Source of the DNA: an uncultured Pseudomonadales bacterium
GTDB lineage: Bacteria; Pseudomonadota; Gammaproteobacteria; Pseudomonadales; Azotimanducaceae
Direction of reading: 5' to 3'
Length of the DNA: 64,000 nt
Assembly: GCA_964638775.1 (NCBI GenBank)
Contig: CAZWZH010000066.1
Coordinates: forward strand, 334 to 64,333
How positions within the stretch are numbered: position 1 is the first letter of the stretch; the number at the start of each line of letters is the position of its first letter. The notes under the pieces were generated by a model, which was given only the letters and a program-made list of their open reading frames with translations, ran no database searches and was not told the DNA's origin. The position numbers and the translations under genes are program-made. This document shows positions 1 through 7,836 of this stretch, piece after piece.

Positions 1-611
1 ACGCTCCACGGGACCAAGACGCGCTATGTGGACAGACCTCGCCAAAGTGCCGGAAACTCCGCTCGTGGGCCTCGAACACCATCTCCTGGCCTTCGCGCGG
101 GAAAATCTGAACCAGGAAAACGCGACTGTGGCACAGCCGCATGTGCGCCGCCTTGACCCGCACGGTGGTGCCGGCGATCACCGCGTACTCGTGACTCCAG
201 TCGAACTGGTACGCCTCGCCGGGATCGAACGTCAGCGGCACAAAGGCCTGCCCGGCCGATCCGGGGTCGTCGCCGGCGCCAGGACCCCGCGTAACGACGT
301 ACCGCATCGTATCCGCCGTCTTAGCCCAGACCGGCCAGTTCCTCGTAGATCCGCGCCAGCGACAGGCGGTCGCGCCGACTCTTGCCCTCGTTCGCCTCCA
401 ATAGCTGCTCAAGTTCCCCGGTCCAGGCACCGAACTTCGGCAACGGCTGAATCGACCGTTCATAGCGAAACGACGTCTCATCCGAGCGCACCACCCTGCG
501 CACCGTGTTCCGCGACAGCTTCAATTCCCGGGCAATCTGCTTGATCGGTATGCCCCGACCCAGATGATCCCGACGAATCTGCGCAATGGTCTCCACAACC
601 AGCATCTCCAC
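1..611 (-). pseudogene. istA: IS21-family transposase IstA, disrupted by an in-frame TAA and a downstream frameshift
   Basis: The 96-aa ORF at 321-611 has the N-terminal HTH (IKQIARELKLSRNTVRRVV ... RLSLARIYEELAGLG). It stops at a TAA where IstA proteins carry G-Y-x-GGY. Read-through gives DGGYDAVRRY. A shifted frame then gives AFVPLTFDPGEAYQFDWSHEYAVIAGTTVRVKAAHMRLCHSRVFLVQIFPREGQEMVFEAHE, the typical IstA catalytic core. Confidence 0.8.
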
Positions 612-656
612 TCACCTCGCCCGTCCTTGCAACGAGGTAAGTTGATGGCCTCAGTT

Positions 657-717
657 CAGGGGGGTCAGTTTTGGACGCCGATTCCCCCGTCAGGGGGGTC
701 AATATTGCACGCCGATT
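657..717. repeat. Two 27-bp direct repeats (IS21-type terminal transposase-binding repeats)
   Basis: caggggggtcagttttggacgccgatt (657-683) and caggggggtcaatattgcacgccgatt (691-717) match at 22 of 27 positions. Confidence 0.7.
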
Positions 718-1007
718 AACACACATGTCGCAGGTGCGAGCGTTGTTCGGTTATAGGTCCGTCTCTCCGGGGACGCGGTATGACCAGCCCTTCTGGGGCC
801 AGCCCGCCAACCGCCACTTGCCAATACCGCGACCTTCCATCGTCCGAACGCTGCGCTGCGAACCCGGGAAGTTACCCGATTTGGCCACGCCGATGGCCAA
901 AATCGTGGCCTGTTGGAGAGAGCGGGTTGTAGCGGTGTTCTACCGATGTTGAAGTAAGGATTCGGCGAAAGTGGAGAGGTCGAGCCCACACTAGCTTCGT
1001 CCTTGCC

Positions 1008-2384
1008 TCAAAGACCTTGACCGGGACCGCCGAGCAGCCCGTTCGCGGCAGACGCGACGGCCGGCCTCCCCGCATGACTTATGCCGCGTGCCCCCGTCGC
1101 CGACAGCTCCGCCAATTTGCGGTCAGCGATGTGCGAGAGGGTCCCGACTTCGTTGACGACACAATCGCAACCGGAGGCTACGGCGATGGCGCGCGCTACT
1201 GTGACTGCTCCTGCTACAGCACTAACGTACGGCACGGCTACGCTGGCTCCGCCTAACTCCGCTGCCCCGCACGCGCCTATCTCCCGTTCGAGGCGCAGAT
1301 AGGCATCGGCACTAGGACGCTCCTGTCCTCCGGGAGGATCCTCGAGATCGGCGAAATGCTGGTCGATGCGGCGATTTTTGTCGAATACGGTGACGCGATA
1401 CCGGTCGAAGTCTGTCGCCGTGCGTCCCAAGCCCGCATCTACAATGCAGTCAAAACCGACCTTTGCCATGAGCTTGCGTCCACTGACCTTGTCCAGGCCC
1501 GAAAGCGCGAGCCGCGGATCGTCATCCTGAACCCGGTCTCGCGCCGTGAGCCAGCGATCGACTCGTCGAACACGAAACCCCTTTGCCGACGCCCAGTCTT
1601 CAGCCACCTTCGTCTTCAGCGTCCCGTAAGTCTCGGCCTTCACCAACACCGACGTACCCCAGTTCTCTTCGCTAACACTATCTCTGTCCTGAAGGACCAG
1701 GGAGACGTTGCGGGCATCAGCGAATGGCAGCGCGGAAAGCGCCCAGAGATAGGCCTGCCCCAAGTTCCCGAGCCCGACCAGCCAGAGCGCCCCGGGCAGA
1801 AACACCTCTCGGAACCGGGGCGCTTCCTCGCCCTCAGCGACGGGCCAGAGGTCGAGCTGACCCGTGAAATCAACGAGCCGGTTCCTCTCCGCCTCAAAGG
1901 CGACGCCCACCGCCATCGCGCCGGCAGCGATACCGGGCAACGGGTTGTCCCCTTCATCCGGGCGTACCTGGCCTAGTTTCGCTGTCCCCGCTCTCCAGCC
2001 CGTCCACCACGGCGAAACCGCCCAACCCGGCCTAGCGTCGTCTGTACCAATGACAATCCTGCGCGATGCAGCTCCCCGGAAAGACGAAGCGCCAACCCGA
2101 TGCGCCGCCCCGGCAAGGCTCTCGCAGCCCAAGGGCAGGTAAGTGTTCGCAGGGCCGTCCACGGCACCGGCCAGCCGTACGCCACCGACGAAGGTCCTGC
2201 TCGCGACCGACACTGCCGTAAGGGCCGCCGCATGGGCAGCAGGCGAGGAGGCTCCGCTGCCGACGACGACCTCGAGAGTCAGTTGCCTCAGCTTGGCCTG
2301 CGCTTCATCGAACGAGATCCCCTCGCTGTCTACGAGTAGCTTGGAGAGCCGGGCGATCTGTCGGTCTAGCGCCACGGCCACCAT
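1008..2384 (-). CDS. bilD: E1-like ThiF/UBA-family adenylyltransferase (BilD-like)
   Basis: 458 aa. Rossmann-type motif LWLVGLGNLGQAYLWAL sits in the C-terminal half, after a ~190-aa degenerate N-terminal half. There is a Cys-bearing insertion (LEREIGACGAAELGG). The start overlaps the JAB gene end by 19 nt. It is the last gene of a Ubl-E2-JAB-E1 operon. Confidence 0.8.
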   Translation of the reverse strand: MVAVALDRQIARLSKLLVDSEGISFDEAQAKLRQLTLEVVVGSGASSPAAHAAALTAVSVASRTFVGGVRLAGAVDGPANTYLPLGCESLAGAAHRVGASSFRGAASRRIVIGTDDARPGWAVSPWWTGWRAGTAKLGQVRPDEGDNPLPGIAAGAMAVGVAFEAERNRLVDFTGQLDLWPVAEGEEAPRFREVFLPGALWLVGLGNLGQAYLWALSALPFADARNVSLVLQDRDSVSEENWGTSVLVKAETYGTLKTKVAEDWASAKGFRVRRVDRWLTARDRVQDDDPRLALSGLDKVSGRKLMAKVGFDCIVDAGLGRTATDFDRYRVTVFDKNRRIDQHFADLEDPPGGQERPSADAYLRLEREIGACGAAELGGASVAVPYVSAVAGAVTVARAIAVASGCDCVVNEVGTLSHIADRKLAELSATGARGISHAGRPAVASAANGLLGGPGQGL

Positions 2385-2887
2385 CCGATGTGCAGCGGAG
2401 ATGGCTGCTCGAAGCTACGGTCCCGCCAACGGCGCGATCCCAGGTACTCGTACACGCCGATACCCTCGGGACCGGTTTCCCGCGTAGCGAATTTCGGGAG
2501 AATCATGGCCACGTGACCGACTTCTGCTATCACCGGATTGGCACGATCTGAAGGGCTTTGCCCGAACCCGGCGGGGTGGACGTGAATGTCTGCCACAACC
2601 GAGCGCCCGACCCTTCGGCAATAGGTCCAGAGATCACCCAGATGCCGGCCATCGATGAGGACCATCCCTGTCTTCAGTGCGTTCGGATCGATGTCGTCGT
2701 AGAACACGAACTCGTCGATCGCGCGGGCCCGGTTGTTGGAGCCCAGAAGGAAGGCCCCGCTTTCTCGCCGCCCGTCGGCGCGTCGCCTCAGTTCCGCGAC
2801 CCCCCGGCGCCACACTCTGCCACCGCACACGATCTCAGGCGGAGGACCGAGAAGCTTGCGCGCGAGCGTTGCTGTTAAGGATGCCAT
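2366..2887 (-). CDS. bilC: JAB/MPN (JAMM) metalloisopeptidase (BilC-like)
   Basis: 173 aa. It has an upstream Glu (RESGAFLLG) and a JAMM-like metal site (DIHVHPAGFGQSPSD). It overlaps both neighbouring genes. Confidence 0.8.
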   Translation of the reverse strand: MASLTATLARKLLGPPPEIVCGGRVWRRGVAELRRRADGRRESGAFLLGSNNRARAIDEFVFYDDIDPNALKTGMVLIDGRHLGDLWTYCRRVGRSVVADIHVHPAGFGQSPSDRANPVIAEVGHVAMILPKFATRETGPEGIGVYEYLGSRRWRDRSFEQPSPLHIGWWPWR

Positions 2888-3311
2888 GCAGGTCCTGAAA
2901 CACGAAAGTAAGGCGCCGCTTCGGATTCCACGCCAAGTGCGGGTAGGCGGCTGTGTTGTTGTTGTGGGGTCCAGTCTTGCGGTCCCACGGGCGGTAGACG
3001 GTGTCGTCGCCCCAGTTCTTGAACGTCTGCTTGACCCGTCTGCCTCCCTGAGGCCGACGGTCGACGGCTAGAGGGGCGTTGCGCTCGTGGTCCCAAATGC
3101 GGACCAAAGGCGCCTGCGCGGCGTAGTTCGAAAGGTCCGCCCGGAAGCCATACTCGCTGGCCGTGCCGTCCGGCTCTGTAGCGGAGACGGCAAAATCCAG
3201 GGTGGGGAACTCGAACGAGACGACTCGCCAGCGGCCCTGGTCGCAGCCTCGGACGAAGTCGCCTTCCTTCAAGTCGGCCTCGATGCGCGCGATGGCGGGA
3301 TCCGCGATCAT
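2835..3311 (-). CDS. bilB: E2/UBC-like protein (BilB-like), atypical cysteine content
   Basis: 158 aa. UBC-like segment EYGFRADLSNYAAQAPLVRIWD resembles the F-x-x-x-x-YP-x-x-P-P-x-v-x-F signature. It sits between the Ubl and JAB genes. The start ATG shares one nucleotide with the Ubl stop (TGATG). The only Cys is C23. Confidence 0.6.
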   Translation of the reverse strand: MIADPAIARIEADLKEGDFVRGCDQGRWRVVSFEFPTLDFAVSATEPDGTASEYGFRADLSNYAAQAPLVRIWDHERNAPLAVDRRPQGGRRVKQTFKNWGDDTVYRPWDRKTGPHNNNTAAYPHLAWNPKRRLTFVFQDLHGILNSNARAQASRSSA

Positions 3312-3601
3312 CAGGAGCCTCCGTTGGCGATGTCGCCCCGCACCAGATCGAGCGCGAGGTCATCGTCCTTACCCGCTAGGCGCCCGATGTGATCCCGCTC
3401 CGGTAGCTCGTCCTTCTCGCCATGTCGGACCAGAACAAGCTCGGTCGCCAAGCTCCCGTCGACCTTAAACACCTTGATCGCCCAGCTGAGCACGTCCTTA
3501 ACGGCTTCGAATCGTTTGAACTCGAGGCTCTCCTCGCCAGACTGGTAGTAGACGGTAACCTTTACCTCGACCGCTTCCTTCCCTTCGACAATCTCACTCA
3601 T
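3311..3601 (-). CDS. bilA: Ubiquitin-like beta-grasp protein with C-terminal ...NGG-S tail (BilA-like)
   Basis: 96 aa. The alternating strand/helix pattern fits one beta-grasp domain. The C terminus is DIANGGS: a Gly-Gly followed by one residue. It is the first gene of the operon. Confidence 0.7.
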   Translation of the reverse strand: MSEIVEGKEAVEVKVTVYYQSGEESLEFKRFEAVKDVLSWAIKVFKVDGSLATELVLVRHGEKDELPERDHIGRLAGKDDDLALDLVRGDIANGGS

Positions 3602-3733
3602 TCATTCGTCTCCATGCGCCCCAGCGATGTTCGCCGGCGTTGAAACCCTATGCGGAGACTGGACTGTGGCGCGGACATTGACCCATCATGTCCGAGCGGG
3701 CAGGAGGGGGCCGCATAAGAAGAGGCAGACAAG

Positions 3734-4270
3734 ATGCGGCCACGCCGGATGAGCCCAGATGAGATCGCCCAGGCGATCGAAACCCTATCGGATGCTAATT
3801 GGGTACGCCTGAAGAAGGCTGCTCAGCACTACGCCCGCCCCGCGGTCTCGGCTGACGACCTGCTGCAGGAGGCCTTCACCCGCGCCTTGGCGGGTAGTCG
3901 AACATGCCCGGAAGGCGTGGATGTCGTTAAGTTTCTGGCCGAAGCCATGCGCAGCATTGCTCACGGAGAACAGGAGAAGTTCCGTGAGTTGGAGGAACTC
4001 GATGGTGTCGATGGTGCTGCCCTGCCCGCGTCCACGCCCTTGGAGACCGAGATCGCCGACACGGAGCAGTACGAGGTGATCCTCGGGAAAATCCTGTGTC
4101 TCTTTGAGGACGACCCTACAGCGAAGGAGATCGTGGAGGGCATTACGGCGGGACTCACGGCGGAGGAGCTACGAGAACTGACCGGGCTCGACCAGACGGC
4201 GTACAACTCCAAGCGGAGGCTCATACGCCGACGCATCGACAAGAGATTCCCTGAAGGATTCACGCTATGA
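3734..4270 (+). CDS. Small sigma-70/ECF-like factor (region 2 + region 4 like)
   Basis: 178 aa. DDLLQEAFTRAL resembles region 2. LTAEELRELTGLDQTAYNSKRRLIRRRI resembles a region 4 HTH. It is transcribed divergently from the Ubl operon, with a 132-bp gap. Confidence 0.55.
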   Translation: MRPRRMSPDEIAQAIETLSDANWVRLKKAAQHYARPAVSADDLLQEAFTRALAGSRTCPEGVDVVKFLAEAMRSIAHGEQEKFRELEELDGVDGAALPASTPLETEIADTEQYEVILGKILCLFEDDPTAKEIVEGITAGLTAEELRELTGLDQTAYNSKRRLIRRRIDKRFPEGFTL

Positions 4271-4689
4271 CCGGAAAGAAAGAGAGCGCTCGAGAGGACC
4301 TCAACCGGTTGGCCGATGCCCTCGTCGAGGACATTCTGAGCACGCCGGACGACGAACTGTTGGCTGAATTCCGGGAAGAGGGGCAAGACCCACAGCGCAA
4401 TGCCGCCGCATTGCGCAGTCTCTTCCGGCAGAGCCTGTTGGCAGCCAGGAAACGGAGAATGTCGGATGCGAAAGCAGGCGTCGCGGCCGTTCGCCAAGCT
4501 GATCGGGCGGGCCTGGGCGGTGAGGTGACGGACATTGCAGCGGCGCGGGCGCGTCTCCAGTCTCTGATTAAGCGTCACCCCGGTCAGTTGACACTGGCAG
4601 CGCGCAATGAGGCCGAGCTGTCGGACGCGGATGTCCTCGGCATGCTCAAAGACCTAGCAGAGCTTGGCCTCATCGATCCCGAGGAGTAG
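4267..4689 (+). CDS. Hypothetical helical protein, translationally coupled to the sigma-like gene (possible anti-sigma or adaptor)
   Basis: 140 aa. Its ATG overlaps the upstream TGA (ATGA). No TM segment or recognisable motif. Acidic C terminus. Confidence 0.5.
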   Translation: MTGKKESAREDLNRLADALVEDILSTPDDELLAEFREEGQDPQRNAAALRSLFRQSLLAARKRRMSDAKAGVAAVRQADRAGLGGEVTDIAAARARLQSLIKRHPGQLTLAARNEAELSDADVLGMLKDLAELGLIDPEE

Positions 4690-4698
4690 GGCGGGGAA

Positions 4699-5457
4699 GT
4701 GAGGCTTCGGCCAGCCGAGTTGCTGCTGCAGGACTTGGGGGTCACCGAGCCGAAGGAGATCGATCTCGAAGCGATCGCGTTCTATGTTAATGCGCAAGTG
4801 CGCTACCGGATCCTGGACGGGTGTGAAGCACAGATAGTCGGATCGGCCGATAAAGCGATCATTACGGTCAACCAGAGCAGCCCCAGGCGCAGGAAGCGAT
4901 TCTCGATTGCCCACGAGCTAGGCCACTGGCACTACCACCGCGGGCGTCGCCTGACCTGTGTGGTTGAGGCGTACCGTCCCCGAACCGCGTCCCCCGAGCG
5001 GACTGCGGACGGCTACGCTGCTGACCTGCTCATGCCACGATACTTGTTCCAGCCGCTCATCCGCCAACAGAAACAGCTGGACTTTGCAGCAATCGGGTTC
5101 CTTGCGGCGGAGTTCGATGTGAGCCAGACCGCGACGGCCATTCGAGCTACCGAGAGTGACCACTCGCCAGTGATGCTGGTCTGTCACGGGGACGGTGGAC
5201 GCAAGTGGTTTGCACGGGCTCCGAGCGTACCTGAACGGTGGTTCCCCCAGAGTCAGCTGGACTCGGATAGTTTCGCCTACGATGTCCAGTTCGGCTCTGA
5301 GCCCGACGGCACGAGGCTCAGGAAGATTGACGCTGATGCTTGGTTTGACCGGCGGGACGCTGGTCGTTTCGAACTCCTTGAGCAGACCATCACCGTAGGT
5401 CCAGACGAAACACTGACGCTTCTCGTCTTCACGGACGAGGAGATGCTCGACGAGTAG
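4699..5457 (+). CDS. ImmA/IrrE-family (DUF955) zinc metallopeptidase with C-terminal extension
   Basis: 252 aa. HEXXH motif in FSIAHELGHWHYH, with downstream ADLLMP typical of the family. GTG start 10 nt after the previous gene. Confidence 0.75.
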   Translation: MRLRPAELLLQDLGVTEPKEIDLEAIAFYVNAQVRYRILDGCEAQIVGSADKAIITVNQSSPRRRKRFSIAHELGHWHYHRGRRLTCVVEAYRPRTASPERTADGYAADLLMPRYLFQPLIRQQKQLDFAAIGFLAAEFDVSQTATAIRATESDHSPVMLVCHGDGGRKWFARAPSVPERWFPQSQLDSDSFAYDVQFGSEPDGTRLRKIDADAWFDRRDAGRFELLEQTITVGPDETLTLLVFTDEEMLDE

Positions 5458-5468
5458 CGGAAGTAGAT

Positions 5469-5636
5469 GTGGGGAACGCGGGGCCACCGCTTGGCCCCAC
5501 GCCCGCGGCCGACTATGAGCGGCACCGCCCCGAAGAGATCCCGCTCTACGCGATCATCGAGACGTACTACCCGCAGTTTCTCACTCGGCTCGAAGCCCAC
5601 GGTGGCTCGCTGCCCGCGTTCATCAAGCGGGCGTAA
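5469..5636 (+). pseudogene. N-terminal scrap of an IS91-family / zinc-binding-domain transposase
   Basis: The 55-codon ORF ...ADYERHRPEEIPLYAIIETYYPQFLTRLEAHGGSLPAFIKRA* resembles the conserved N terminus of IS91-type transposases (RP-E-x-PLY ... LP-F-V/I-K). The Cys-rich zinc domain and the catalytic part are missing. Confidence 0.4.
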
Positions 5637-5958
5637 GCGAAGTGGAAGCGGATCGAAGCATGCACCGCACCCCGGTGCCACGGGTGATTCACGATGCCGG
5701 TACCAGCGGTTCGAATCGATCGGGCAACGGCCATGCAGTCTGTACGCATTCAACTCGCCAGGGTGCCAATGATGGTTTTCGACATCGCCGCATCGACGGC
5801 GGAATCCTTCCCCCCAAGCCTTGATGCAACGCGTTGCTTCAACTACGGTGCCGCCGAGAACCGAATCCTGCATCCGGGAAATCTTGCGACCGTCCCGCTA
5901 ACGAAGCAAATTCTCGACAGCAATCCGCACACCCCAACCCCCAAACTGAAGCGATCCC

Positions 5959-6582
5959 ATGGCAATAGCACGAAACACGATCGACCCGGCGTACTTCAAC
6001 CCAAAGCTGAAGTTCCCCTACCAGTTGAGAACGGACGACTTCCGTTCGGCAATGCAGGACGTCTATGACTTCTTCCACGACGTAAACGAGCATCTGGTTG
6101 CAAAAGGTCTTCAGCGACTCGATGACAGCCTGCGGCCGGCAATCATGTCAGGCGTTCTTTCGGACTTGCTTACGTCCAGCCTTGCCACGCACTCCAGGGT
6201 CCTCATAGAGAACAGGTACTTCAACGGACACCCAGACCTCTTGGTGCAGGGCGTATACCCGAACAACGCCGTCAAGGCGGGCGAACGAGGGGTGGAAGTC
6301 AAGACCACTCGAAAGAAGGGTGGGGCAGTCGATACACATGGCGCTCGAAACCAATGGATGTGCGTTTTCGTCTACGAGGTCGACACCACATCGGAGCCGG
6401 CCGTGGAAAGGCTGCCGATGACCTTCAGGGAGGTCTACCTTGGCGAGGTCACGCTCGATGATTTCAGAAGGAATCCCAGGGGAGAACTCGGCACCAGAAC
6501 GGCGACGCTGCATGCGGAAGGGATAAGCAAGCTTCGGGAGAATTGGGTGTACAAGATTCAATCGGACCCGTTGGGGGCATAA
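5959..6582 (+). CDS. Type II restriction endonuclease, PD-(D/E)XK fold
   Basis: 207 aa. The motif is NGHPDLLV ... GVEVKTT (PD...ExK). It is convergent with, and overlaps, the adjacent methyltransferase. Confidence 0.6.
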   Translation: MAIARNTIDPAYFNPKLKFPYQLRTDDFRSAMQDVYDFFHDVNEHLVAKGLQRLDDSLRPAIMSGVLSDLLTSSLATHSRVLIENRYFNGHPDLLVQGVYPNNAVKAGERGVEVKTTRKKGGAVDTHGARNQWMCVFVYEVDTTSEPAVERLPMTFREVYLGEVTLDDFRRNPRGELGTRTATLHAEGISKLRENWVYKIQSDPLGA

Positions 6583-7739
6583 GCGGTGAGTTTGGGGATC
6601 GCTTCTACAGCGGTCCGGAAATAGTCCCTGTCTATCTCGATGCCGATGCTGCTGTAACCCACCGCATTGCTGGCCGCCAATGTCGACCCCGCGCCGGCAA
6701 AGGTGTCGAGCACGACTCCTTCTCCGAGCGGCAGCACCCCGCGAACCAGTGTACGAAGGAACACCTGGGGCTTGAGGCTGGGATGCGGCGCCAGTGCTTT
6801 CTCGGCCCGCCGGGTAGGGGCCGATGCAATGACGTCGCCGAAGGGCTTTTTGGCTTCCGGGCGACGGAATCCGCCCGTTTTCCATTTCCGCAAGTTGTCC
6901 TGAACCCTGCCGTCGAGGGGTTTTCTGAAAACCAGCCAAGGCTCCCACATCGAGCGAGGCATCACGCTGACATCGGAGAATTCAGCGTGGGCACCCTTGG
7001 GACGGTCGCCTCCTCGCATCGTCATTGTCAGCCGTATGATCTCGCCGCGCCGCTGCAGACCTGCCCGGGATAGTGCGACCGCAACAATGTGGGAAACCAG
7101 CGGATTCGAAGCGACTATGACGTTCGCGCCGGGAACCAGTACGCGATGCGCGGTTTTTCCCCATGCGACGAAGAAATCCCCGATCTCACCGAGTTGACTC
7201 TCGTCCAGGGTCGTAAAACGGGGCAGGGGCGACCTCCGGTGGCCGTCAAACGACGGGGGAATGCGCCAGACCCCACCCTTGCCGGCCCGCAGCTTGGTCT
7301 GTTGTTCAGCCGTGTATTCATGCAGACCGTATGGCGGATCAGTGACGATCGCGTGCACCGAATTCGGGCTGGCTGCGTCCAGCCAGGAGAGGCAATCGTC
7401 GTGGTGGAGCGTGGAGTTCTGGAATGAAAACGGCTTTTCGGATGCCTCCACCGGTGCAAGAAATCGTTGTCGCAGGCTCGGCTTCGGCGACCTGGCCCGA
7501 TACACGCCTCTGCTTTCGCGGACGAATCGTGCCGGAGTATTGAGCCGAAGATACGACCTGATCGACGAAGTCGGCGTTTCGCCGATCTCTTTGCGAACAC
7601 CTGCTTCGATTTCGAGAACGCTGAGGGGCGCGGCAGATTCCTCAAGCACCTTGACTATGGCATCCCGGACGAGGCCTGGGGCCCGTTTCTTGGCGGACTT
7701 CATTCGTAGAGAGTATGACGTCTGGACGTCTGAAGTCAA
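6558..7739 (-). CDS. Beta-class DNA methyltransferase (N6A/N4C) with an N-terminal winged-helix (HARE-HTH-like) domain
   Basis: 393 aa. Motif IV is IVTDPPYG. Motif I near the C terminus is VLDTFAGAGSTL; IV before I indicates the beta class. N-terminal segment RDAIVKVLEESAAPLSVLEIEAGVRKEIGETPTSSIRSYL...GVYRA looks like a HARE-HTH. Confidence 0.8.
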   Translation of the reverse strand: MTSDVQTSYSLRMKSAKKRAPGLVRDAIVKVLEESAAPLSVLEIEAGVRKEIGETPTSSIRSYLRLNTPARFVRESRGVYRARSPKPSLRQRFLAPVEASEKPFSFQNSTLHHDDCLSWLDAASPNSVHAIVTDPPYGLHEYTAEQQTKLRAGKGGVWRIPPSFDGHRRSPLPRFTTLDESQLGEIGDFFVAWGKTAHRVLVPGANVIVASNPLVSHIVAVALSRAGLQRRGEIIRLTMTMRGGDRPKGAHAEFSDVSVMPRSMWEPWLVFRKPLDGRVQDNLRKWKTGGFRRPEAKKPFGDVIASAPTRRAEKALAPHPSLKPQVFLRTLVRGVLPLGEGVVLDTFAGAGSTLAASNAVGYSSIGIEIDRDYFRTAVEAIPKLTAYAPNGSD

Positions 7740-7836
7740 CGGAAAACATGGTCAGAAATACGCGTCAAGCAGCGCCTGGTGTTATAGCGGTTTCAGTGAC
7801 CCCTTGGCTGTACGACGAGCGGTGCAATGAATCGAA

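Larger units (their letters stand above)
1..725 (-). mobile_element. IS21-family insertion sequence, partial (runs off the window start), decayed
   Basis: Contains an istA-like ORF. Two 27-bp direct terminal repeats lie just outside the transposase start, as in the multi-repeat ends of IS21-family elements. The sequence ends in ...ACACA near 721-725. Confidence 0.75.
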
